A stretch of 17,375 nt of DNA from the NCBI GenBank assembly GCA_049472355.1, contig JBLIRP010000079.1:1-17375 (forward strand). Direction: 5' to 3'. Under the pieces are notes generated by a model, which saw nothing but the letters and a program-made list of their open reading frames with translations, searched no databases and was not told the DNA's origin. Source of the DNA: a bacterium (GTDB taxonomy: Bacteria; SZUA-182; DTGQ01; JAFGSM01). The first letter of the stretch is position 1; each line of letters starts with the position of its first letter. This document shows positions 6,952 to 14,838 of the stretch, one piece after another. A program made the translations under genes and the position numbers.

Positions 6952-8334
6952 ATGAAAAACCGCTTGATCTTCCTCATCCTTATGGTTGTGCTTTGTGTAT
7001 CCGTGGTGCGTGTCTCCGGCGCTCATGGGTATCGCATCGAAATGAAGGATGGCTCCGTAGTCGTGAATGAGGGGAATTCAGCACCCGATATCATCGGGGG
7101 AGGGAGGCGCATTACAGAGGTTCGCGGGGGAATGATACCGGGGCCGGACACCGAATCCTCGAGCACAAGGCAAATCGAGCTGAATCTCGGCGGTTCCTTC
7201 ATGGTGGACTATCGTTACTACGAGGAGGATTGCAGGGAAGACAACCGTTTCGACATCCGCAAGGCCAGGTTGCTTTTTACCGGCTCCCCTCACCCCATGC
7301 TCCGGTATCGCATGGAGCTTGAGTTCCAGGGAAATGACCAGAAGAATCTCATGGATGGCTACGGAGAGGTCCTGATTCACCCGGCACTAAAATTCAGGGC
7401 AGGACAGTTCAAGGTGCCCTTCAGCCTCGAGTGGCAGACCCCGGATCAGGCGATCCTTTTCGCCGAGCGATCAATCGGATATTCACTTGCCCCGGGAAGG
7501 GACGTGGGGCTTATGTGCCATGGCTCGCTCATGAATGAGGGGGTTCATTACTCCCTCGGGATCGTCAATGGAGACGGCACTGACGGCTCGACCCGGGGGG
7601 GACAGCGGGATGATCCCGAATATGCCGCACGTCTGGTGCTGTGCCCCTTTGCAGCAATCGGGGGGGAGTGGCTGCGCCTGTTTCAGTTGGGCGGCTCCGT
7701 CACCCATGCGAGGATCGACCTTGCGAACGTAGATATGGAGGTGAAGAGCACGGGTATGACAGGAACGAATCGAAGCCTCTATGTTCTGAATGCGAATACC
7801 AAGTTCGGTGTGCTGCAAGGTGTTGAGGAACGAAGACGACATGGGCTGGAGGGGGGATGGGCCTGGGGGCCCGTTGCCGTGTATGGTGAATATGTGGAGT
7901 TTAAGTACGCGGGGCTGGAGCCGTCCGGCAAACCGCCCCAGGATGCGGAATTTTCCTCATGGTATGTATCGGCCCTGTTATTTCTCACCGGGGAATCGCC
8001 CCAATTCAAGGGAGGGGTCCTGCAGCCGGTTTTCCCCAAACGGGACCTCGATCGAAACAAAGGGACCTTGGGAGCCATCGGGGTAGCCACCCGAATGGAG
8101 CACTTCTCCGGCGATGAGCGCTGGATCAAGCAGGATGCCCATGTGTCGGTGCGGGAGGCGGATGCATTCAGCGTGGCGCTCAACTGGATTCCCTATCCCA
8201 TGGTACGCCTGATGCTCGATTACACCAGGACCGATCTGTCGGACCCCATTCTGGTCAGGCGGAATCCCGACGGAAGCATCAACTACATCGAAGAGGAGCA
8301 GGTCTCCACGCTTCGATTATATATCTCATTCTAA
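6952..8334 (+). CDS. Outer-membrane anion-selective porin, OprO/OprP (Porin_O_P) family
   Basis: Signal peptide; FDIRKARL, GQFKVPFSLE, FAERS, PGRDVG and WYV...LTGES motifs; alternating beta-strand C-terminus ending in Phe (LRLYISF). Confidence 0.85.
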   Translation: MKNRLIFLILMVVLCVSVVRVSGAHGYRIEMKDGSVVVNEGNSAPDIIGGGRRITEVRGGMIPGPDTESSSTRQIELNLGGSFMVDYRYYEEDCREDNRFDIRKARLLFTGSPHPMLRYRMELEFQGNDQKNLMDGYGEVLIHPALKFRAGQFKVPFSLEWQTPDQAILFAERSIGYSLAPGRDVGLMCHGSLMNEGVHYSLGIVNGDGTDGSTRGGQRDDPEYAARLVLCPFAAIGGEWLRLFQLGGSVTHARIDLANVDMEVKSTGMTGTNRSLYVLNANTKFGVLQGVEERRRHGLEGGWAWGPVAVYGEYVEFKYAGLEPSGKPPQDAEFSSWYVSALLFLTGESPQFKGGVLQPVFPKRDLDRNKGTLGAIGVATRMEHFSGDERWIKQDAHVSVREADAFSVALNWIPYPMVRLMLDYTRTDLSDPILVRRNPDGSINYIEEEQVSTLRLYISF

Positions 8335-8649
8335 ATAAAAGGATAGCTTGATAATCATTAAAGCAATTCATGAAGAGATATTGCCTTGATATTGAGGGTC
8401 CTCCATACCGGATACAAGATGGATTCTGTACCATCAAATCTGAGGAAAGAATAAAGGAATTGTATATACGATGGAAGGATTCCCTGTATTGGGAATTTAT
8501 GTAAAAAGAGGGATTCTATATATAAGATCCTATATATATAAAAGAGAGATTCTACATATTTGTTAATGTGGATGGAGGTGGGGGAGTATCGATTTTTGTG
8601 AAAGTTCGGGTGATGGTATTTTCGGGTTTTTTTTAAAAAGGAGTAAACG

Positions 8650-10227
8650 ATGACCAGGAAGATTGTGCTGATATGTTGTATTGTTGCCGCCCTTTTGGTA
8701 TCCTCCACCGCCTTTTCCGCATACCACCACGAGGGGGAAATGGACTCGGATAATTTTCTTGCCGCTTATCCTGAAAAGACAGGCACGAAGCTCGATCACT
8801 GCGCCCTTTGTCACAGCGGGGGCACGTATATAGATGCCAAAAGCCAGGAGGTAAGCCTGGGTAGCTGCCAGTGGTGCCACTATTCCTATGGGTATGACGG
8901 GAGCGGCAACATCGCCTACACCCTGAACAACTTTGGAAAGGATTACTACTTCAACGGAAGGGATGCCCTTGCCATAGGAAAGATCGACAACTTCGATTCG
9001 GACGGCGACGGATACTCGAACAAGGCGGAGATCCAGGCGGACCGCTTCCCCGGAAACGCAAAGGACGATCCCTCCAAGAAGATCGCACCCTCTCGTGTAT
9101 ACACCAGGGCGGATCTGGAGGCAATGCCCCAACACACCCAGTTCCTGTTGATGAATACCTCACGAAGCGGGGATTTCTACGCCGAGTACTCCGGGGTTTC
9201 CATGGAGTACCTGCTGGAGGACGCCGGCATATCGGATTCCGCCACCGGCATCCTGGTATACGCCCCTGACGGATGGTCCAACTACCATCCCCTTGATGCG
9301 GAGCCGGACCCGGAGCTGTACCATGTGAATGGGGTATATCCTGCGGCAAGTTTTCACTACGACGAAGAGGCCGACGAGGCGCAAAGCGCGATAGGATGGT
9401 GCGACTACAGCGCCCCCTCCCGCGCAGGCCGCAATAACAACGACCCCATCTATGTCGAGGGGGGACTCAGGATGATCCTTGCCGTAAAGCGGGAGGGTGT
9501 GGATTTGGATGAGGGCGCTCTCACCGATGAAAACAAGCTGGACGGCGAGGGCCCGTTCAGGCTCGTACCCCCGCAGAAGAATCCGGGGCCGCCTGACCAG
9601 TCCTCGAGGGCCGCCAATCAGGACGTCATATGGCCCTTTAATTGGGATTGGGATCACAATGCAGGGGCCTCCTCACGCACGGTGACCATCATCAAGGTCC
9701 TGCCCCTGCCGCCCGGGACCACCGACATCGACGTGCTGGAGGCGGGGTGGCAGTTTGTGGACCAGGAAAAGATCATCATATACGGTGCAATCGACGATCC
9801 CAATGCACCGGAGACCGGGGGAGGGGGAAGCACCACGCCCCCCAGATCGTCCTATTCCCTGTTCGGCGGGTTGTTTCCCTACGGCGGGTACAGCACGATA
9901 CCGGGCGTATACTCATTCGGGCCTGCTTACGCCGGCAGCGGTATCGCGGGCATCAACCTCGGGATGTATCCCTCCTATGGCTATGCCGGCATTATCCCCT
10001 CGACAGGGGCATATCAGGGGAGCTTCATCCCGGGCATGACATTCGGAGGAATTCCCGGCGCCTACTCCATGGGCAGTTCGTACGGCACGCTGTTCGGTAA
10101 TGTCAGGAGCCCCTATTTGAGCATGCCATGGAGTACCTTCGGGAACACACTGGGCACCTATCAGTTCGGCACCCTGCGCTGGAACCAGTTTTTCGGCAGT
10201 AGCCCGCTCTCCTTGTATTCCTTTTAG
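8650..10227 (+). CDS. Secreted diheme c-type cytochrome ('GEGP motif' type) with a sulfite-oxidase-like molybdopterin-binding-type region and a low-complexity C-terminal tail
   Basis: Sec signal ending AFSA. CxxCH motifs CALCH (8800-8814) and CQWCH (8866-8880); DSDGDG loop; YSGV..LL..AG, APDGWS, MILA..REG and GEGPFRLVPP pattern. SD AAGGAG. Confidence 0.8.
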   Translation: MTRKIVLICCIVAALLVSSTAFSAYHHEGEMDSDNFLAAYPEKTGTKLDHCALCHSGGTYIDAKSQEVSLGSCQWCHYSYGYDGSGNIAYTLNNFGKDYYFNGRDALAIGKIDNFDSDGDGYSNKAEIQADRFPGNAKDDPSKKIAPSRVYTRADLEAMPQHTQFLLMNTSRSGDFYAEYSGVSMEYLLEDAGISDSATGILVYAPDGWSNYHPLDAEPDPELYHVNGVYPAASFHYDEEADEAQSAIGWCDYSAPSRAGRNNNDPIYVEGGLRMILAVKREGVDLDEGALTDENKLDGEGPFRLVPPQKNPGPPDQSSRAANQDVIWPFNWDWDHNAGASSRTVTIIKVLPLPPGTTDIDVLEAGWQFVDQEKIIIYGAIDDPNAPETGGGGSTTPPRSSYSLFGGLFPYGGYSTIPGVYSFGPAYAGSGIAGINLGMYPSYGYAGIIPSTGAYQGSFIPGMTFGGIPGAYSMGSSYGTLFGNVRSPYLSMPWSTFGNTLGTYQFGTLRWNQFFGSSPLSLYSF

Positions 10228-10244
10228 AAGGGGAGCGGTTTTAT
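10204..10244 (+). terminator. Intrinsic terminator of the diheme protein gene; the stop codon lies in the loop
   Basis: CCGCTCTCCTT (10204-10214) pairs with AAGGGGAGCGG (10228-10238, one G-U pair) and is followed by TTTTAT. Confidence 0.55.
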
Positions 10245-10255
10245 AATGAATGCCC

Positions 10256-10287
10256 TTTTCCGGGCGACCCGTTGGTCGCCCGGAAAA
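10256..10287. other. Perfect 14-bp inverted repeat between convergent genes
   Basis: TTTTCCGGGCGACC-CGTT-GGTCGCCCGGAAAA. T-runs lie 5' and A-runs 3' of the stem on both strands, so this is not canonical terminator polarity. Confidence 0.6.
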
Positions 10288-10296
10288 AGAATAATG

Positions 10297-10326
10297 AATA
10301 AAGGTTCCAAACACCTCCGTTTGGAA
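10297..10326 (-). terminator. Possible terminator for the tupBC-mop transcript
   Basis: TTCCAAAC/GTTTGGAA 8-bp stem (10305-10326); on the minus strand it is followed by CCTTTATT. Confidence 0.35.
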
Positions 10327-10373
10327 ATGGCACTGGCTGAGAGGCAATGGGGAAGGGATCGCGAGCCCTTCCC

Positions 10374-10586
10374 CTAATCCTCGATACCGATGATGACATT
10401 CGTCGCCTTGACGATGGCGAATACATCCTTTCCTTCCCGGAGTCCGAGGTTTTCCGCGGAGGTCTTGGTGATGATGGAGGTGATTTCCACCCCATCCGCC
10501 AGCTTCACCACCACCTCGGAGTTGACCGCACCGGGGATGATCTTCTTGACCTTGCCCTTCAATACATTCCGGGCACTGAGCTTCAT
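10374..10586 (-). CDS. mop: Molybdenum-pterin-binding protein Mop (single TOBE domain, molbindin)
   Basis: MKLSARNVLKGKV...ITSIIT..S...LGL..G..V.AIVKATNV is the classical Mop signature; 70 aa; SD AGGAGG. Confidence 0.93.
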   Translation of the reverse strand: MKLSARNVLKGKVKKIIPGAVNSEVVVKLADGVEITSIITKTSAENLGLREGKDVFAIVKATNVIIGIED

Positions 10587-10685
10587 GGTGTCCCTCCTTT
10601 CGAATGGATGGATGACCCTTTAACCCTCACCTGTATGCTTGCATATATAGAGTATGATCCTCCGAGGGAAATAATGGAATCTCCG

Positions 10686-11714
10686 TTACAGTGGCCGTAC
10701 CGAGGTGGCCTTGAAGGTGAGATATACATGGGAGCCCACGGTGAGCCCCATCTCCTGCAAGGAGACGGGGGTGATGAACACCCTGAATACCTCCCTGGAG
10801 CGCACTTCCAGCATGACCCTTCCCCTGTGGTCGGCGATCGCGGTGATCACGCCCTCGAAGAGGTTGCGGGCGCTCGAGGAGAAGGGCTCCCTGGAGACGA
10901 TGATGTCCTCCGGGTCGATGGTGATGTGGGAATATTCCTCATGCGGCAGATCGTCCGAGATCCATACCTGCATGTCACCGGAAATGAAGCGTGGCCCCTT
11001 GTCGGTGTGCATGACTGTGCCTGCAAAGAGGTTGTGCATGGTGGAAGGGATCAGCGCCCCCTCGAAGAGGGAAAACACGGTCTGCGCCATACGGTAGGCC
11101 TGGGAGAGGTTATGGGAGGTGAGCACGATGGTGGTCCCCCTTTCCCTGTTGATCCGCTCGATGATCTGCTCGAAGCGGCGCATGTTGCGCACGTCCACGT
11201 TCGCCGTGGGCTCGTCCAGGAACAGCACCACCGGGTCGATGGCGAGGCCGCGTGCCAGGGCGACCAGTTGAGACTCCCCGCCCGAGAGCTCCCGCGCCCT
11301 TCTTTTCTCAAATCCGTCAAGACCCACCAGCCGGAGTGCCTCCCGTGCCCCGGCCTCGCATTCCCTCCGGGACATCCCCCGGGCGCGCAGTCCGTAGGAC
11401 ACGTTCTTCAGAACGGAGGTATTGAAAAGGTAAGGGGTCTGGAGCACCATGGTCATGGACCGCCCTGCATCGGTGTCTGGAGAACCGCCGTGTTCCACCT
11501 GCCGTCCGTCGAACACGATCTCACCCTTGGTAGGCCTGAGGATGAGGCTCATGATGGAGAGGAGGGTGGTCTTTCCCGAGCCGTTCGGTCCCACCACCGC
11601 GTAGGTGCATCCCTTATCGAAAGCCAGGTGTGGGATGGACAGAACCTTTCTGCCGTTGTAGTAATGTTTGATTCCCCTGATCTCGAGGATATGCGTGGCC
11701 ATCACTGCGTTCAC
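10686..11714 (-). CDS. tupC: Tungstate ABC transporter ATP-binding protein TupC with C-terminal TOBE domain
   Basis: Walker A GPNGSGKT, LSGGE signature, FLDEPTAN Walker B, SHN H-loop, and SSARN..FKAT TOBE domain. The GTG start overlaps the tupB stop (GTGA); alternative ATG at 11702. Confidence 0.88.
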   Translation of the reverse strand: MNAVMATHILEIRGIKHYYNGRKVLSIPHLAFDKGCTYAVVGPNGSGKTTLLSIMSLILRPTKGEIVFDGRQVEHGGSPDTDAGRSMTMVLQTPYLFNTSVLKNVSYGLRARGMSRRECEAGAREALRLVGLDGFEKRRARELSGGESQLVALARGLAIDPVVLFLDEPTANVDVRNMRRFEQIIERINRERGTTIVLTSHNLSQAYRMAQTVFSLFEGALIPSTMHNLFAGTVMHTDKGPRFISGDMQVWISDDLPHEEYSHITIDPEDIIVSREPFSSSARNLFEGVITAIADHRGRVMLEVRSREVFRVFITPVSLQEMGLTVGSHVYLTFKATSVRPL

Positions 11715-12400
11715 CCCTTGATCTGGAAGTAGTGAAAAAGGATGTTGATGGTAAAGACCACCAGCAGGAGGAAGAATCCCAGGGCCAGTCCCAGACCGAA
11801 CTCCCCCTTGCTCGTCTCCAGCGCGATCGCCGTGGTCATGGTACGGGTGTAGAATCGGATATTCCCCCCCAGCATCATCGCTGAACCCACCTCGGACACG
11901 GCACGTCCGTATCCGACAATGATGGCGGCAAGGAGGGCGAAGCGGGCCTCCATGAGGATGGTCCAGGTGGTCAGGAGTCTTCCCGCCCCCATCGTTTTTG
12001 CGGTCAAGAGGGCCCGGGGGTCCACTGATTGCACGGCAGCCACGGTCAGGTTGGTGATCACGGGAAGTGAGAGCACGAACTCCCCGAGGATGACCGCATG
12101 AGGTGTGAACATCAGGCTCATGAACCCCAGGGGGGCGCTTCGGGAGAGGAAGGAATACCCGATGAGCCCCACCACTACCGTGGGCAGGGCCATGGCCGTA
12201 TTCAGCACGGTTATGAGGATGGACCGTCCCCTAAACCGCTTTACCCCCACCAGGAAACCGAACGGCACCCCTGCGATGACGGCGAAGATGGTGGCGATGA
12301 GGGAAAACCTGAGGGAGCGAAGCACGATCCCGTAGACCTCCTGGTCAAGGGAGATGATCAGGTGGATGGATTCGACAAATGCATGCCACAGGAAGTGCAT
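11711..12400 (-). CDS. tupB: Tungstate ABC transporter permease TupB
   Basis: LNT.MALPTVVVGL, GRAVSEVGSAMMLGGNI and TRTMTTAIALETSKGEF motifs characteristic of TupB. Confidence 0.92.
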   Translation of the reverse strand: MHFLWHAFVESIHLIISLDQEVYGIVLRSLRFSLIATIFAVIAGVPFGFLVGVKRFRGRSILITVLNTAMALPTVVVGLIGYSFLSRSAPLGFMSLMFTPHAVILGEFVLSLPVITNLTVAAVQSVDPRALLTAKTMGAGRLLTTWTILMEARFALLAAIIVGYGRAVSEVGSAMMLGGNIRFYTRTMTTAIALETSKGEFGLGLALGFFLLLVVFTINILFHYFQIKG

Positions 12401-12423
12401 CGCATAATCTCCGTCAAGGACTG

Positions 12424-12475
12424 AAAATAACCATCAATAACCTTTATTGACAATGAAACCCTTTTACGCCATAAT
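12424..12475. promoter_or_regulatory. Back-to-back divergent sigma70 promoters for tupA (+) and tupBC (-)
   Basis: Plus strand: TTGACA (12447-12452)-17-CATAAT (12470-12475). Minus strand: TTGTCA (12453-12448)-18-TATTTT (12429-12424). AATAACC direct repeats 10 bp apart (12426, 12436). Confidence 0.65.
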
Positions 12476-12602
12476 ACTATCTCTCCAATCCGAATGCAAT
12501 CCGGCCATAGGTCTGTAAAGGGGGTGATGGGAAGGCTATCACACCAGTCATCCTGGATCAATCATTACCATAACACTAACACATAGATGGAGGATCTGTG
12601 AA

Positions 12603-13421
12603 ATGAGAAGGTATGTCGCGCTTCTTCTGGCAATCGGTATCGTATTCGGACTCTGCACGGCGGTCCACGCGCAGGTCCAGAGGCTCAAGGTCTCCAGCAC
12701 CACCAGCACGGACAACACCGGGCTGTTCGCTGCACTGAACCCTCCCTTTGAAAAGATGTTCAATTGTACGGTGGACGTCATCGCCCAGGGGACCGGTAAG
12801 GCGCTCAAGACCGGGGAGATGGGTGATTGTGACGTGGTGTTCGTTCACTCCCGGCCTGCAGAGGATGCGTTTGTGGCGGCCGGATACGGCGTCAACCGCC
12901 GCGATGTCATGTACAACGACTTCGTCATTGTGGGTCCGGAAGGCGATCCCGCAGGCATCAGGGGACTCAAGGATGCGGGCGAGGCCCTGAAAAAAATCAC
13001 CCAGAGCCAGTCACGGTTCGTTTCCCGGGGGGATGATTCAGGCACCCACAAAAAGGAAAAGGCCATCTGGGGGAATACGGGAATCACCCCCCAGGGCCAG
13101 TGGTATGTGGAGGCAGGTCAGGGCATGGGCGCGGTGCTCCAGATAGCATTCGAGATGAATGCCTATACGCTCACCGATCGCGGCACCTACCTCGCGTACA
13201 AGGAAAAGATCACCCTCCCCATCCTCGTCGAGGGGGACCCGGTCCTGTTCAATCCTTACGGAATCATTGCGGTGAATCCCGCACGGCATCCCCAGGTGAG
13301 CTATGTCCTGGCCATGGCCTATATCGGATGGGTGACCTCCCCTGAAGGGCAGCGGATCATCCGTGAGTTCGGGAAGGAGACGTTCGGCCAGCCCCTTTTC
13401 ATCCCGGTCGCAATCCCTTAA
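12603..13421 (+). CDS. tupA: Tungstate ABC transporter substrate-binding protein TupA
   Basis: Signal peptide (VHA|Q); STTST.NTGL, GTGKAL, DVVFVH, VMYNDFVIVGP, FVSRGDDSGTH, GQGMG, YTLTDRGTY and LFNPYGIIAVNP motifs. Confidence 0.94.
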   Translation: MRRYVALLLAIGIVFGLCTAVHAQVQRLKVSSTTSTDNTGLFAALNPPFEKMFNCTVDVIAQGTGKALKTGEMGDCDVVFVHSRPAEDAFVAAGYGVNRRDVMYNDFVIVGPEGDPAGIRGLKDAGEALKKITQSQSRFVSRGDDSGTHKKEKAIWGNTGITPQGQWYVEAGQGMGAVLQIAFEMNAYTLTDRGTYLAYKEKITLPILVEGDPVLFNPYGIIAVNPARHPQVSYVLAMAYIGWVTSPEGQRIIREFGKETFGQPLFIPVAIP

Positions 13422-13531
13422 TCAGGAACCCTGTGCCCCGAGTGCAGGCAGCCGTGCGTAGTTGACAGCCTCCACTGAATGTGGGTAGACTTGATGGGTC
13501 ATCACGTTTGTCCATTTCCGGGGGCCGGTTG

Positions 13532-14038
13532 ATGCTTATCGCAAAGATCATAGTGGGTGCGGTCATCCTCATCTTCGGGCGACAGATCTTTTGGTTATTC
13601 GTTGCCGTAGTCGGGTTTGCCGTGGGGATGAGCATCACCGCGGTGCTGTTTGCAGACCTTCCTGTTTGGGCTACGCTCGCCATCGCCTTATTCTGCGGAC
13701 TGCTGGGGGCAGTCACCGCCCTTTTTCTAAAGAGGGGGGCGATCGCCCTTGCCGGCTTTCTGGCGGGGGGGTATATAGCGATGGGCGTATCCATATTCCT
13801 GGGAATTGAGATCGTTCCGCTCTTCTGGATCATTTTTGCGGCCGGGGGTATCGTAGGGTGCCTGCTCGCAGTCACGCTCTTTGACTGGGCGCTGATTCTC
13901 CTTTCCTCCCTTGCCGGGACGGTCCTGATCCTCGAGGGGGTCCCCCTCAATCCGCTCGGCAAGGCGCTTTTTTTCGCGGCACTGCTCATAGCAGGCGTGC
14001 TGATCCAGCGGGGCATGATGTGGTTCAGGTCTGCCTGA
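13532..14038 (+). CDS. Multi-pass membrane protein (DUF4203/TMEM198-like)
   Basis: About 6 hydrophobic segments; FG..IFWLF....GF, GF..GG and IILSSL.G-like pattern. Start reassigned to ATG 13532. Confidence 0.65.
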   Translation: MLIAKIIVGAVILIFGRQIFWLFVAVVGFAVGMSITAVLFADLPVWATLAIALFCGLLGAVTALFLKRGAIALAGFLAGGYIAMGVSIFLGIEIVPLFWIIFAAGGIVGCLLAVTLFDWALILLSSLAGTVLILEGVPLNPLGKALFFAALLIAGVLIQRGMMWFRSA

Positions 14039-14070
14039 CACCACCTATCCCTCCGGATACGGGTCGGCGT

Positions 14071-14253
14071 TCAGCGGGAAGATGGGGCAAGGTCCTGCCT
14101 GCTCAGTAACGCCTTGCACCCTGAACACCTCCCGTGCTCCTCGTCACTCCATATTTCTACCTCCCCGCCGCATTTGGGGCACCTGAAAATCTCCGGAAAG
14201 CGTTTTTTTGCCGGATCATCACCGGGGCAATGCTGATCGATCGCCTTTTTCAT
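14071..14253 (-). CDS. Small Cys-rich zinc-ribbon protein (60 aa)
   Basis: MKKAIDQHCPG..CPKCGGEVEIWSDE...CSGC. Strong SD AAGGAGG before ATG 14253. Confidence 0.75.
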   Translation of the reverse strand: MKKAIDQHCPGDDPAKKRFPEIFRCPKCGGEVEIWSDEEHGRCSGCKALLSRQDLAPSSR

Positions 14254-14696
14254 GGGTTCCTCCTTTTGCTCTCGAAAATATCCTGTATTCATCTGAAAAT
14301 ATAGCATTTTCATGCTTCGTGGCGCCACAAAGCGGCATGAGGGTTTGCTCCTGATACGGATCGTTTATTGATTCCTTATCCGTGGCACCTGCCAGAATTT
14401 ATTTCCAAGGATTCATCTTACGCAACACAGGGCGTGATGCCCCGCAAAAGCGGAGAATGCAGCCATCTATAAACACTATATCCCCGCATGAAAGACAGTG
14501 TCAATACAGGTTTCCTCCCTGTGTCAATCCTAAGGCATGTAAGAGGCGCACCGACACCACCTTTCTCGTTATCCTCCATGGAGAATCGAGGAATGGCATA
14601 GCAGGGGGTACCGGATATGGACATATGAATTGAAAAAGATATCACTTAACACATAGCGGAGGCTATTAAATAAAAGGATTAAAAAAATATCTTTTA

Positions 14697-14724
14697 TGAA
14701 TATAAATAATCAGTTGTCCGATAA
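14697..14724 (+). promoter_or_regulatory. Possible sigma28 (FliA) promoter for the chemotaxis genes
   Basis: TGAA-N16-TCCGATAA versus consensus TAAA-N15-GCCGATAA; lies upstream of cheW. Confidence 0.3.
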
Positions 14725-14838
14725 GAATAGAAATAGTTACCTAAAAAAATATAAAACATTCTATCTTTCTTATACTTCCGGGTACCTGTTTCCTCATCCA
14801 GCAGTTCCGGACCGGTAGGCACAACAGGAGGAGAGCGT

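Noticed and set aside
10347..11732. 461-aa plus-strand ORF
   Set aside because: Antisense shadow of mop and tupC, which carry clear family motifs.
12476..12602. Moco/Wco riboswitch in the tupA leader
   Set aside because: The conserved Moco RNA motif elements could not be found by eye; a cmscan would be needed to exclude it fully.
14330..14830. c-di-GMP riboswitch or sigma54 promoter upstream of the chemotaxis genes
   Set aside because: No convincing GEMM consensus, and the TGGCAC/TGGCAT words lack a correctly spaced TTGC.
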